Assembly (NCBI GenBank): GCA_964016885.1
Contig: OZ024740.1
Span: 39,556,001-39,620,000 of the forward strand
From: Eledone cirrhosa
Lineage: Eukaryota
Direction: 5' to 3'
Length of the DNA stretch: 64,000 bases
The translations under genes were made by a program, and so were the position numbers. Shown here in pieces: positions 41,691 through 56,907 of this stretch (its first letter is position 1; the number at the start of each line of letters is the position of its first letter). The notes beneath the pieces were generated by a model. It was not told the DNA's origin and searched no databases. It worked only from the letters and a program-made list of their open reading frames with translations.

Positions 41691-43286
41691 GGTACATTAA
41701 AGAGGTGTAATTAGTGTGGTATATTAAAGAGGTGTAGTTAGTGTGGTATATTAAAGAGGTGTAATTAGTGTGGTATATTAAAGAGGTGCAATTAGTGTGA
41801 TATATTAAAGAGGTGCAATTAGTGTGGTATATTAAAGAGGTGCAATTAGTGTGGTATATTAAAGAGGTCTAGTTAGTGTGGTACATTAAAGATGTGTAGT
41901 TCGTGTGGCATATTAAGGAGGTGTAATTATTGTGGTATATTAAAGAGGTGCAATTAGTGTGGTATATTAAATAGGTGCAATTAGTGTGGTACATTAAAGT
42001 GATGTAATTAGTTAGATATATTAAAGAGGTGTAATTAGTGTGGTATATTAAAGAGGTGCAATTAGTGTGGTATATTAAAGAGGTGTAGTTAGTGTGGTAC
42101 ATTAAAGAGGTGCAATTACTGTGGTATATTAAAGATGTGTAGTTAGTCTGGTACATTAAAGAGGTGTAATTAGTGTGGTATATTAAAGAAGTGTAGTTAG
42201 TGTGGTATATTAAAGAGGTGTAGTTAGTATGGTATATTAAAGAGGTGTAATAAGTGTGGTATATTAAGAGGTGTAGTTAGTGTGGTATACTAAAGAGGTG
42301 TAATTAGTGTGGTATATTAAAGAGGTGCAATTAGTGTGGTATATTAAAGAGGTGTAATTAGTGTGGTATATTAAAGAGGTTCAATTAGTGTGGTATATTA
42401 AAGAGGTGTAGTTAGTGTGGTACATTAAAGAGGTGTAATTAGTGTGGTATATTAAAGAGGTGCAATTAGTGTGGTATATTAAAGTGGTGTAATTAGTGTG
42501 GTATATTAAAGAGGTGTAATTAGTGTGGTACGTTAAAGAGGTGTAATTGGGGTGGTACATTAAAGAAGTTTAGTTAGTGTGGTATATTAAAGAGGTGTAG
42601 TTTGTGTGGTATATTAAAGAGGTGTAATTAGTGTCGTATATTAAAGAGATGCAATTAGTGTGACATATTAAAGAAGTGTAATTAGTGTGGTATATTAAAG
42701 AGGTGCAATTAGTGTAGTATATTAAAGAGGTGTAGTTAGTGTGGTACATTAAAGAGGTGTAATTAGTGTGGTATATTAAATAGGTGCAATTAGTGTGGTA
42801 TATTAAAAAGGTGTAATTAGTGTGGTACATTAAAGAGGTGTAATTAGTGTGATACATTAAAGAGGTGTAATTAGTGTGGTATATTAAAAAGGTGTAATTA
42901 GTGTGGTATATTAAAGAGGTGTAATTAGTGTTGTATATTAATGAGGTGCAATTAGTGTGGTATATTAAAGAGGTGTAATTAGTATGGTATATTAAAGAGG
43001 TGTAATTAGTGTGGTACATTAAAGAGGTGTAATTAGGGTGGTTCATTAAAAAGTGTAGTTGGTGTGTTATATTAAAGAGGTGTAATTAGTGTGGTATATT
43101 AAATATGTGCAATTAGTGTGATAAATTAAAGAGGTGTAATTAGTGTGGTATGTTAAAGAGGTGCAATTAGTGTGGTATATTAAAGAGCTGCAATTAGTGT
43201 GGTATATTAAAGAGGTGCAATTAGTGTGGTATATTAAATAGGTGCAATTAGTGTGGTATATTGAAGACGTGTAATTAGTGTGGTAC

Positions 43287-46200
43287 ATTAAAGAGGTGTA
43301 ATTAGTGTGGTATATTAAAGAGGTGTAATTAGTGTGGTATATTAAAGAGTTGTAATTAGTGAGGTATATTAAAGAGGTGTAATTAGTGTGGTATATTAAA
43401 GAGGTGTCGTTAGTGTGGTATATTAAAGAGGTGCAATTAGTGTGGTATACTAAAGAGGTGTAATTAGTGTGGTATATTAAAGAGGTGCAATTAGTGTGGT
43501 ATATTAAATAGGTGCAATTAGTGTGGTATATTGAAGACGTGTAATTAGTGTGGTACATTAAAGAGGTGTAATTAGTGTGGTATATTAAAGAGGTGTAATT
43601 AGTGTGGTATATTAAAAAGGTGCAATTAGTGTGGTATATTGAAGAGGTGTAATTAGTGTGGTACATTAAAGAGATGTAATTAGTTAGGTATATTAAAAAG
43701 GTGTAATTAGTGTGATATATTAAAGAGGTGCAATTAGTGTGGTATATTAAAGAGGTGTAATTAGTGTGGTACATTAAATTGGTGCAATTAGTGTGGTATA
43801 TTAAAGAGGTGTAATTAGTGTGGTATATGAAAGAGGTACAATTAGTGTGGTATATTAAAGAGGTGTAATTAGTGTGGTACATTAAAGAGGTGCAATTAGT
43901 GTGGTATATTAAAGAGGTGTAGTTAGTGTAGTACATTAAAGAGGTGTAATTAGTGTGGTATGTTAAAGAGGTGTAGTTAGTGTGGTACATTAAAGAATTG
44001 TAATTACTGTGGTATATTAAAGAGGTGCAATAAGTGTGGTATATTAAAGAGGTGCAATTAGTGTGGTATATTGAAGAGGTGTAATTAGTGTGGTACATTA
44101 AAGAGGTCTAATTAGTGTGGTATATTAAAGAGGTGTAATTAGTGTGGTATATTAAAGAGGTGTAGTTAGTGTGGTATATTAAAGAGGTGTAGTTAGTGTG
44201 GTATATTAAAGAGGTGTAATTAGTGTGGTACATTAAAGAGGTTTAATTAGGGTGGTATATTAAAGGTGTGTAATTAGTGTGGTATATTAAAGAGGTGTAA
44301 TTAGTGTGGTATATTAAAGAGCTGTAATTAATGTGATACATTAAAGAGGTGTAATTAGTGTGGTATATTAAAGGGGTGTATTTAGTGTGGTATATTAAAG
44401 AGGTGTAATTAGTGTGGTATATTAAAGAGGTGTAATTAGTGTTGTATATTAAAGAGGTGCAATTAGTGTGGTATATTAAAGAGGTGTAATTAGTGTGGTA
44501 CATTAAAGAGGTGTAATTAGTGTGGTATATTAAAGAGGTGTAGTTAGTGTGGTATATTAAAGAGGTGTAATTAGTGTGGTATATTAAAGAGGTGCAATTA
44601 GTGTGATATATTAAAGAGGTGTAATTAGTGTGGTATATTAAAGAGGTGCAATTAGTGTAGTATATTAAAGAGGTGTAGTTAGTGTGGTAGATTAAAGATG
44701 TGTAGTTCGTGTGGCATATTAAGGAGGTGTAATTATTGTGGTATATTAAAGAGGTGCAATTAGTGTGGTATATTAAATAGGTGCAATTAGTGTGGTACAT
44801 TAAAGTGATGTAATTAGTTAGATATATTAAAGAGGTGTAATTAGTGTGGTATATTAAAGAGGTGCAATTAGTGTGGTATATTAAAGAGGTGTAGTTAGTG
44901 TGGTACATTAAAGAGGTGCAATTACTGTGGTATATTAAAGAGGTGTAGTTAGTCTGGTACATTAAAGAGGTGTAATTAGTGTGGTATATTAAAGAAGTGT
45001 AGTTAGTGTGGTATATTAAAGAGGTGTAGTTAGTATGGTATATTAAAGAGGTGTAATAAGTGTAGTATATTAAAGAGGTGTAGTTAGTGTGGTATATTAA
45101 AGAGGTGTATTTTGCGTGGTACATTAAAGAGGTGTAATTAGTGTGGTATATTAAAGAGGTGTAATTAGTGTGGTACATTAAAGAGGTGCAATTAGTGTGG
45201 TATATTAAAGAGGTGTAATTAGTGTGGTATATTAAAGAGGTTCAATTAGTGTGGTATATTAAAGAGGTGTAATTAGTGTGGTATATTAAAGAGGTGTAAT
45301 TAGTGTGGTATATTAAAGAGGTGTAATTAGTGTGGTACATTAAAGAGGTGTAATTAGGGTGGTACATTAAAGAAGTGTAGTTAGTGTGGTATATTAAAGA
45401 GGTGCAATTAGTGTGGTATATTAAAGAGGTGTAATTAGTAAGGTATATTAAAGAGGTGTAATTAGTGTGGTACATTAAAGAGGTCTAATTAGTGTGGTAT
45501 ATTAAAGAAGTGTAGTTAGTGTGGTATATTAAAGAGGTGTAGTTAGTGTGGTATATTAAAGAGGTGCAATTAGTGTTGTATATTAAAGAGATGCAATTAG
45601 TGTGACACATTAAAGAGGTGCAATTAGTGTGGTATATTAAAGAGGTGTAATTAGTGAGGTATATTAAATAGGTGCAATTAGTGTGGTATATTAAAAAGGT
45701 GTAATTAGTGTGATACATTAAAGAGGTGTAATTAGTGTGGTATATTAAAAAGGTGTAATTAGTGTGGTATATTAAAGAGGTGTAATTAGTGTTGTATATT
45801 AAAGAGGTGCAATTAGTGTGGTATATTAAAGAGGTGCAATTAGTGTGGTATATTAAAGAGGTGTAATTAGTATGGTATATTAAAGAGGTGTAATTAGTGT
45901 GGTACATAAAAGAGGTCCAATTAGTGTGCTACATTAAAGAGGTGTAATTAGTGTGGTATATTATAGAGGTGTAGTTAGTGTGGTATATTAAAGAGGTGTA
46001 GTTAGTGTGGTATATTAAAGAGGTGTAATTAGTGTGGTACATTAAAGAGGTGTAATTAGGGTGGTATATTAAAGGGGTGTAATTAGTGTGGTATATTAAA
46101 GAGGTGTAATTAGTGTGGTATATTAAAGAGCTGTAATTTATGTGATACATTAAAGAGGTGTAATTAGTGTGGTATATTAAAGGGGTGTATTTAGTGTGGT

Positions 46201-49200
46201 ATATTAAAGAGGTGTAATTAGTGTGGTATATTAAAGAGGTGAAATTAGTGTTGTATATTAAAGAGGTGCAATTAGTGTGATATATTAAAGAGGTGTAATT
46301 AGTGTGGTACATTAAAGAAGTGTAATTAGTGTGGTATATTAAAGAGGTGTAGTTAGTGTGGTACATTAAAGTGGTGCAATTAGTGTGGTATATTAAAGAG
46401 GTGTAATTAGTGTGGTATATTAAAGAGGTACAATTAGTGTGGTATATTAAAGAGGTGTATTTAGTGTGGTACATTAAAGAGGTGCAATTAGTGTGGTATA
46501 TTAAAGAGGTATAGTTAGTGGGGTATATTAAAGAGGTGTAGTTAGTGTGGTATATTAAAGAGGTGTAATTAGTGTGGTATATTAAAGAGGTGCAATTAGT
46601 GTGATATATTAAAGAGGTGTAATTAGTGTGGTATATTAAAGAGGTGCAATTAGTGTGGTATATTAAAGAGGTGCAATTAGTGTGGTATATTAAAGAGTTC
46701 TAGTTAGTGTGGTACATTAAAGAAGTGTAGTTCATGTGGCATATTAAGGAGGTGTAATTAGTGTGGTATATTAAAGAGGTGCAATTATTGTGGTATATTA
46801 AATAGGTGCAATTAGTGTGGTGCATTAAAGTGATGTAATTAGTTAGATATATTAAAGAGGTGTAATTAGTGTGGTATATTAAAGAGGTGTAATTAGTGTG
46901 GTACATTAAAGTGGTGCAATTAGTGTGGTATATTAAAGAGGTGCAATTAGTGTGATATATTAAAGAGGTGTAATTAGTGTGGTATATTAAAGAGGTGCAA
47001 TTAGTGTGGTATATTAAAGAGGTGCAATTAGTGTGGTATATTAAAGAGGTGTAGTTAGTGTGGTACATTAAAGAGGTGTAATAAGTGTGGTATATTAAAG
47101 AGGTGTAGTTAGTGTGGTATATTAAAAAGGTGCAATTAGTGTGGTACATTAAAGAGGTGTAATTAGTGTGGTACATTAAAGAGGTGTAATTAGTGTGGTA
47201 CATTAAAGACTTGTAATTAGTGAGGTATATTAAAGAGGTGTAATTAGTGTGGTATATTAAAGAGGTGTCGTTATTGTGGTATATTAAAGAGGTGTAGTTA
47301 GTGTGGTTAATTAGAGATGTGTAGTTAGTCAGGTTTATTAGAGAAGTGTAATTAGTGTGGTATAATAAAGAGGTGTAATTAGTGTGGTATATTAAAGAGG
47401 TGTAATTAGTGTGGTATATTAAAGAGGTGCAATTAGTGTGGTATATTAAAGAGGTGCAATTAGTGTGGTATATTAAAGAGGTGTAGTTAGTGTGGTACAT
47501 TAAAGAGGTGTAATTCTTGTGGTATATTAAGGAGGTTTAATTAGTGTGGTATATTAAAGAGGTGCAATTAGTGTGGTAAATTAAATAGATGCAATTAGTG
47601 TGGTATATTGAAGAGGTGTAATTAGTGTGGTACATTAAAGAGGTGTAATTAATGTGGTATATTAAAGAGGTGTAATTAGTGTGGTATATTAAAGAGGTGC
47701 AATTAGTGTGGTATATTGAAGAGGTGTAATGAGTGTGGTACATTAAAGAGACGTAATTAGTTAGGTATATTAAAGAGGTGTAATTAGTGTGGTATATTAA
47801 AGAGGTGCAATTAGTGTGGTATATTAAAGAGGTGTAATTAGTGTGGTACATTAAAGTGGTGCAATTAGTGTGGTATATTAAAGAGGTGTAATTAGTGTGG
47901 TATATTAAAGAGGTGTAATTAGTGTGGTATATTAAAGAGGTGCAATTAGTGTGGTATATTAAAGAGGTGCAATTAGTGTGGTATATTGAACATGTGTAAT
48001 TAGTGTGGTATATTAAAGAGGTGTAATTAGTGTGCTACATTAAAGTGGTGCAATTAGTGTGGTATATTAAAGAGGTGTAATTAGTGTGGTATATTAAAGA
48101 GGTACAATTAGTGTGGTATATTAAAAAGGTGTAATTAGTGTGGTACATTAAAGAGGTGCAATTAGTGTGGTATATTAAAGAGGTGTAGTTAGTGTGGTAC
48201 ATTAAAGAGGTGTAATAAGTGTGGTATATTAAAGAGGTGTAGTTAGTGTGGTATGTTAAAAAGGTTCAATTAGTGTGGTACATTAAAGAGGTGTAATTAG
48301 TGTGGTACATTAAAGAGGTGTAATTAGTGTGGTACATTAAAGACTTGTGATTAGTGAGGTATATTAAAGAGGTGTAATTAGTGTGGTATATTAAAGAGGT
48401 GTCGTTATTGTGGTATATTAAAGAGGTGTCGTTATTGTGGTATATTAAAGAGGTGTAGTTAGTGTGGTTAATTAGAGATGAGTAGTTAGTCAGGTTTATT
48501 AGAGAAGTGTAATTAGTGTGGTATAATAAAGTGGTGTAATTAGTGTGGTATATTAAAGAGGTGTAATTAGTGTGGTATATTAAAGAGGTGCAATTAGTGT
48601 GGTATATTAAAGAGGTGCAATTAGTGTGGTATATTAAAGAGGTGTAGTTAGTGTGGTACATTAAAGGGGTGTAATTCTTGTGGTATATTAAGGAGGTGTA
48701 ATTAGTGTGGTATATTAAAGAGGTGCAATTAGTGTGGTATATTAAATAGATGCAATTAGTGTGGTATATTGAAGAGGTGTAATTAGTGTGGTACATTAAA
48801 GAGGCGTAATTAGTGTGGTATATTAAAGAGGTGTAATTAGTGTGGTATATTAAAGGGGTGTATTTAGTGTGGTATATTAAAGAGGTGTAATTAGTGTGGT
48901 ATATTAAAGAATTGTAATTACTGTGGTATATTAAAGAGTTGCAATTAGTGTGGTATATTAAAGTGGTGCAATTAGCGTGGTGTATTAAAGAGGTGTAATT
49001 AGTGTGGTATATTAAAGAGGTACAATTAGTGTGGTATATTAAAGAGGTGTATTTAGTGTGGTACATTAAAGAGGTGCAATTAGTGTGGTATATTAAAGAG
49101 GTATAGTTAGTGGGGTATATTAAAGAGGTGTAGTTAGTGTGGTATATTAAAGAGGTGTAATTAGTGTGGTATATTAAAGAGGTGCAATTAGTTTGATATA

Positions 49201-52200
49201 TTAAAGAGGTGTAATTAGTGTGGTATATTAAAGAGGTGCAATTAGTGTGGTATATTAATGAGGTGCAATTAGTGTGGTATATTAAAGAGGTCTAGTTAGT
49301 GTGGTACATTAAAGAGGTGTAGTTCATGTGGCATATTAAGGAGGTGTAATTAGTGTGGTATATTAAAGAGGTGCAATTATTGTGGTATATTAAATAGGTG
49401 CAATTAGTGTGGTACATTAAAGTGATGTAATTAGTTAGATATATTAAAGAGGTGTAATTAGTGTGGTATATTAAAGAGGTGCAATTAGTGTGGTATATTA
49501 AAGAGTTCTAGTTAGTGTGGTACATTAAAGAAGTGTAGTTCATGTGGCATATTAAGGAGGTGTAATTAGTGTGGTATATTAAAGAGGTGCAATTATTGTG
49601 GTATATTAAATAGGTGCAATTAGTGTGGTACATTAAAGTGATGTAATTAGTTAGATATATTAAAGAGGTGTAATTAGTGTGGTATATTAAAGTGGTGCAA
49701 TTAGTGTGGTATATTAAAGAGGTGTAATTAGTGTGGTACATTAAAGTGGTGCAATTAGTGTGGTATATTAAAGAGGTGCAATTAGTGTGATATATTAAAG
49801 AGGTGTAATTAGTGTGGTATATTAAAGAGGTGCAATTAGTGTGGTATATTAAAGAGGTGCAATTAGTGTGGTATATTAAAGATGTGTAGTTAGTGTGGTA
49901 CATTAAAGAGGTGTAATAAGTGTGGTATATTAAAGAGGTGTAGTTAGTGTGGTATATTAAAAAGGTGCAATTAGTGTGGTACATTAAAGAGGTGTAATTA
50001 GTGTGGTACATTAAAGAGGTGTAATTAGTGTGGTACATTAAAGACTTGTAATTAGTGAGGTATATTAAAGAGGTGTAATTAGTGTGGTATATTAAAGAGG
50101 TGTAATTAGTGTGGTATATTAAAGAGGTGTAATTAGTGTGGTATATTAAAGAGTTGTAATTAGTGAGGTATATTAAAGAGGTGTAATTAGTGTGGTATAT
50201 TAAAGAGGTGTCGTTAGTGTGGTATATTAAAGAGGTGCAATTAGTGTGGTATACTAAAGAGGTGTAATTAGTGTGGTATATTAAAGAGGTGCAATTAGTG
50301 TGGTATATTAAATAGGTGCAATTAGTGTGGTATATTGAAGACGTGTAATTAGTGTGGTACATTAAAGAGGTGTAATTAGTGTGGTATATTAAAGAGGTGT
50401 AATTAGTGTGGTATATTAAAAAGGTGCAATTAGTGTGGTATATTGAAGAGGTGTAATTAGTGTGGTACATTAAAGAGATGTAATTAGTTAGGTATATTAA
50501 AAAGGTGTAATTAGTGTGATATATTAAAGAGGTGCAATTAGTGTGGTATATTAAAGAGGTGTAATTAGTGTGGTACATTAAATTGGTGCAATTAGTGTGG
50601 TATATTAAAGAGGTGTAATTAGTGTGGTATATGAAAGAGGTACAATTAGTGTGGTATATTAAAGAGGTGTAATTAGTGTGGTACATTAAAGAGGTGCAAT
50701 TAGTGTGGTATATTAAAGAGGTGTAGTTAGTGTAGTACATTAAAGAGGTGTAATTAGTGTGGTATGTTAAAGAGGTGTAGTTAGTGTGGTACATTAAAGA
50801 ATTGTAATTACTGTGGTATATTAAAGAGGTGCAATAAGTGTGGTATATTAAAGAGGTGCAATTAGTGTGGTATATTGAAGAGGTGTAATTAGTGTGGTAC
50901 ATTAAAGAGGTCTAATTAGTGTGGTATATTAAAGAGGTGTAATTAGTGTGGTATATTAAAGAGGTGTAGTTAGTGTGGTATATTAAAGAGGTGTAGTTAG
51001 TGTGGTATATTAAAGAGGTGTAATTAGTGTGGTACATTAAAGAGGTTTAATTAGGGTGGTATATTAAAGGTGTGTAATTAGTGTGGTATATTAAAGAGGT
51101 GTAATTAGTGTGGTATATTAAAGAGCTGTAATTAATGTGATACATTAAAGAGGTGTAATTAGTGTGGTATATTAAAGGGGTGTATTTAGTGTGGTATATT
51201 AAAGAGGTGTAATTAGTGTGGTATATTAAAGAGGTGTAATTAGTGTTGTATATTAAAGAGGTGCAATTAGTGTGGTATATTAAAGAGGTGTAATTAGTGT
51301 GGTACATTAAAGAGGTGTAATTAGTGTGGTATATTAAAGAGGTGTAGTTAGTGTGGTATATTAAAGAGGTGTAATTAGTGTGGTATATTAAAGAGGTGCA
51401 ATTAGTGTGATATATTAAAGAGGTGTAATTAGTGTGGTATATTAAAGAGGTGCAATTAGTGTAGTATATTAAAGAGGTGTAGTTAGTGTGGTAGATTAAA
51501 GATGTGTAGTTCGTGTGGCATATTAAGGAGGTGTAATTATTGTGGTATATTAAAGAGGTGCAATTAGTGTGGTATATTAAATAGGTGCAATTAGTGTGGT
51601 ACATTAAAGTGATGTAATTAGTTAGATATATTAAAGAGGTGTAATTAGTGTGGTATATTAAAGAGGTGCAATTAGTGTGGTATATTAAAGAGGTGTAGTT
51701 AGTGTGGTACATTAAAGAGGTGCAATTACTGTGGTATATTAAAGAGGTGTAGTTAGTCTGGTACATTAAAGAGGTGTAATTAGTGTGGTATATTAAAGAA
51801 GTGTAGTTAGTGTGGTATATTAAAGAGGTGTAGTTAGTATGGTATATTAAAGAGGTGTAATAAGTGTAGTATATTAAAGAGGTGTAGTTAGTGTGGTATA
51901 TTAAAGAGGTGTATTTTGCGTGGTACATTAAAGAGGTGTAATTAGTGTGGTATATTAAAGAGGTGTAATTAGTGTGGTACATTAAAGAGGTGCAATTAGT
52001 GTGGTATATTAAAGAGGTGTAATTAGTGTGGTATATTAAAGAGGTTCAATTAGTGTGGTATATTAAAGAGGTGTAATTAGTGTGGTATATTAAAGAGGTG
52101 TAATTAGTGTGGTATATTAAAGAGGTGTAATTAGTGTGGTACATTAAAGAGGTGTAATTAGGGTGGTACATTAAAGAAGTGTAGTTAGTGTGGTATATTA

Positions 52201-55200
52201 AAGAGGTGCAATTAGTGTGGTATATTAAAGAGGTGTAATTAGTAAGGTATATTAAAGAGGTGTAATTAGTGTGGTACATTAAAGAGGTCTAATTAGTGTG
52301 GTATATTAAAGAAGTGTAGTTAGTGTGGTATATTAAAGAGGTGTAGTTAGTGTGGTATATTAAAGAGGTGCAATTAGTGTTGTATATTAAAGAGATGCAA
52401 TTAGTGTGACACATTAAAGAGGTGCAATTAGTGTGGTATATTAAAGAGGTGTAATTAGTGAGGTATATTAAATAGGTGCAATTAGTGTGGTATATTAAAA
52501 AGGTGTAATTAGTGTGATACATTAAAGAGGTGTAATTAGTGTGGTATATTAAAAAGGTGTAATTAGTGTGGTATATTAAAGAGGTGTAATTAGTGTTGTA
52601 TATTAAAGAGGTGCAATTAGTGTGGTATATTAAAGAGGTGCAATTAGTGTGGTATATTAAAGAGGTGTAATTAGTATGGTATATTAAAGAGGTGTAATTA
52701 GTGTGGTACATAAAAGAGGTCCAATTAGTGTGCTACATTAAAGAGGTGTAATTAGTGTGGTATATTATAGAGGTGTAGTTAGTGTGGTATATTAAAGAGG
52801 TGTAGTTAGTGTGGTATATTAAAGAGGTGTAATTAGTGTGGTACATTAAAGAGGTGTAATTAGGGTGGTATATTAAAGGGGTGTAATTAGTGTGGTATAT
52901 TAAAGAGGTGTAATTAGTGTGGTATATTAAAGAGCTGTAATTTATGTGATACATTAAAGAGGTGTAATTAGTGTGGTATATTAAAGGGGTGTATTTAGTG
53001 TGGTATATTAAAGAGGTGTAATTAGTGTGGTATATTAAAGAGGTGAAATTAGTGTTGTATATTAAAGAGGTGCAATTAGTGTGATATATTAAAGAGGTGT
53101 AATTAGTGTGGTACATTAAAGAAGTGTAATTAGTGTGGTATATTAAAGAGGTGTAGTTAGTGTGGTACATTAAAGTGGTGCAATTAGTGTGGTATATTAA
53201 AGAGGTGTAATTAGTGTGGTATATTAAAGAGGTACAATTAGTGTGGTATATTAAAGAGGTGTATTTAGTGTGGTACATTAAAGAGGTGCAATTAGTGTGG
53301 TATATTAAAGAGGTATAGTTAGTGGGGTATATTAAAGAGGTGTAGTTAGTGTGGTATATTAAAGAGGTGTAATTAGTGTGGTATATTAAAGAGGTGCAAT
53401 TAGTGTGATATATTAAAGAGGTGTAATTAGTGTGGTATATTAAAGAGGTGCAATTAGTGTGGTATATTAAAGAGGTGCAATTAGTGTGGTATATTAAAGA
53501 GTTCTAGTTAGTGTGGTACATTAAAGAAGTGTAGTTCATGTGGCATATTAAGGAGGTGTAATTAGTGTGGTATATTAAAGAGGTGCAATTATTGTGGTAT
53601 ATTAAATAGGTGCAATTAGTGTGGTGCATTAAAGTGATGTAATTAGTTAGATATATTAAAGAGGTGTAATTAGTGTGGTATATTAAAGAGGTGTAATTAG
53701 TGTGGTACATTAAAGTGGTGCAATTAGTGTGGTATATTAAAGAGGTGCAATTAGTGTGATATATTAAAGAGGTGTAATTAGTGTGGTATATTAAAGAGGT
53801 GCAATTAGTGTGGTATATTAAAGAGGTGCAATTAGTGTGGTATATTAAAGAGGTGTAGTTAGTGTGGTACATTAAAGAGGTGTAATAAGTGTGGTATATT
53901 AAAGAGGTGTAGTTAGTGTGGTATATTAAAAAGGTGCAATTAGTGTGGTACATTAAAGAGGTGTAATTAGTGTGGTACATTAAAGAGGTGTAATTAGTGT
54001 GGTACATTAAAGACTTGTAATTAGTGAGGTATATTAAAGAGGTGTAATTAGTGTGGTATATTAAAGAGGTGTCGTTATTGTGGTATATTAAAGAGGTGTA
54101 GTTAGTGTGGTTAATTAGAGATGTGTAGTTAGTCAGGTTTATTAGAGAAGTGTAATTAGTGTGGTATAATAAAGAGGTGTAATTAGTGTGGTATATTAAA
54201 GAGGTGTAATTAGTGTGGTATATTAAAGAGGTGCAATTAGTGTGGTATATTAAAGAGGTGCAATTAGTGTGGTATATTAAAGAGGTGTAGTTAGTGTGGT
54301 ACATTAAAGAGGTGTAATTCTTGTGGTATATTAAGGAGGTTTAATTAGTGTGGTATATTAAAGAGGTGCAATTAGTGTGGTAAATTAAATAGATGCAATT
54401 AGTGTGGTATATTGAAGAGGTGTAATTAGTGTGGTACATTAAAGAGGTGTAATTAATGTGGTATATTAAAGAGGTGTAATTAGTGTGGTATATTAAAGAG
54501 GTGCAATTAGTGTGGTATATTGAAGAGGTGTAATGAGTGTGGTACATTAAAGAGACGTAATTAGTTAGGTATATTAAAGAGGTGTAATTAGTGTGGTATA
54601 TTAAAGAGGTGCAATTAGTGTGGTATATTAAAGAGGTGTAATTAGTGTGGTACATTAAAGTGGTGCAATTAGTGTGGTATATTAAAGAGGTGTAATTAGT
54701 GTGGTATATTAAAGAGGTGTAATTAGTGTGGTATATTAAAGAGGTGCAATTAGTGTGGTATATTAAAGAGGTGCAATTAGTGTGGTATATTGAACATGTG
54801 TAATTAGTGTGGTATATTAAAGAGGTGTAATTAGTGTGCTACATTAAAGTGGTGCAATTAGTGTGGTATATTAAAGAGGTGTAATTAGTGTGGTATATTA
54901 AAGAGGTACAATTAGTGTGGTATATTAAAAAGGTGTAATTAGTGTGGTACATTAAAGAGGTGCAATTAGTGTGGTATATTAAAGAGGTGTAGTTAGTGTG
55001 GTACATTAAAGAGGTGTAATAAGTGTGGTATATTAAAGAGGTGTAGTTAGTGTGGTATGTTAAAAAGGTTCAATTAGTGTGGTACATTAAAGAGGTGTAA
55101 TTAGTGTGGTACATTAAAGAGGTGTAATTAGTGTGGTACATTAAAGACTTGTGATTAGTGAGGTATATTAAAGAGGTGTAATTAGTGTGGTATATTAAAG

Positions 55201-56907
55201 AGGTGTCGTTATTGTGGTATATTAAAGAGGTGTCGTTATTGTGGTATATTAAAGAGGTGTAGTTAGTGTGGTTAATTAGAGATGAGTAGTTAGTCAGGTT
55301 TATTAGAGAAGTGTAATTAGTGTGGTATAATAAAGTGGTGTAATTAGTGTGGTATATTAAAGAGGTGTAATTAGTGTGGTATATTAAAGAGGTGCAATTA
55401 GTGTGGTATATTAAAGAGGTGCAATTAGTGTGGTATATTAAAGAGGTGTAGTTAGTGTGGTACATTAAAGGGGTGTAATTCTTGTGGTATATTAAGGAGG
55501 TGTAATTAGTGTGGTATATTAAAGAGGTGCAATTAGTGTGGTATATTAAATAGATGCAATTAGTGTGGTATATTGAAGAGGTGTAATTAGTGTGGTACAT
55601 TAAAGAGGCGTAATTAGTGTGGTATATTAAAGAGGTGTAATTAGTGTGGTATATTAAAGGGGTGTATTTAGTGTGGTATATTAAAGAGGTGTAATTAGTG
55701 TGGTATATTAAAGAATTGTAATTACTGTGGTATATTAAAGAGTTGCAATTAGTGTGGTATATTAAAGTGGTGCAATTAGCGTGGTGTATTAAAGAGGTGT
55801 AATTAGTGTGGTATATTAAAGAGGTACAATTAGTGTGGTATATTAAAGAGGTGTATTTAGTGTGGTACATTAAAGAGGTGCAATTAGTGTGGTATATTAA
55901 AGAGGTATAGTTAGTGGGGTATATTAAAGAGGTGTAGTTAGTGTGGTATATTAAAGAGGTGTAATTAGTGTGGTATATTAAAGAGGTGCAATTAGTTTGA
56001 TATATTAAAGAGGTGTAATTAGTGTGGTATATTAAAGAGGTGCAATTAGTGTGGTATATTAATGAGGTGCAATTAGTGTGGTATATTAAAGAGGTCTAGT
56101 TAGTGTGGTACATTAAAGAGGTGTAGTTCATGTGGCATATTAAGGAGGTGTAATTAGTGTGGTATATTAAAGAGGTGCAATTATTGTGGTATATTAAATA
56201 GGTGCAATTAGTGTGGTACATTAAAGTGATGTAATTAGTTAGATATATTAAAGAGGTGTAATTAGTGTGGTATATTAAAGAGGTGCAATTAGTGTGGTAT
56301 ATTAAAGAGTTCTAGTTAGTGTGGTACATTAAAGAAGTGTAGTTCATGTGGCATATTAAGGAGGTGTAATTAGTGTGGTATATTAAAGAGGTGCAATTAT
56401 TGTGGTATATTAAATAGGTGCAATTAGTGTGGTACATTAAAGTGATGTAATTAGTTAGATATATTAAAGAGGTGTAATTAGTGTGGTATATTAAAGTGGT
56501 GCAATTAGTGTGGTATATTAAAGAGGTGTAATTAGTGTGGTACATTAAAGTGGTGCAATTAGTGTGGTATATTAAAGAGGTGCAATTAGTGTGATATATT
56601 AAAGAGGTGTAATTAGTGTGGTATATTAAAGAGGTGCAATTAGTGTGGTATATTAAAGAGGTGCAATTAGTGTGGTATATTAAAGATGTGTAGTTAGTGT
56701 GGTACATTAAAGAGGTGTAATAAGTGTGGTATATTAAAGAGGTGTAGTTAGTGTGGTATATTAAAAAGGTGCAATTAGTGTGGTACATTAAAGAGGTGTA
56801 ATTAGTGTGGTACATTAAAGAGGTGTAATTAGTGTGGTACATTAAAGACTTGTAATTAGTGAGGTATATTAAAGAGGTGTAATTAGTGTGGTATATTAAA
56901 GAGGTGT
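43287..56907. repeat. Higher-order tandem duplication, period 6804 bp (exactly 252 monomers)
   Basis: Rare ATGAAAGAGG at 43827/50631. ORF starts 44243/51047, 45242/52046, 45485/52289, 45929/52733, 46700/53504, 47537/54341, 48266/55070 and 49508/56312 all differ by 6804. The first seven pairs appear to translate identically. Confidence 0.96.
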
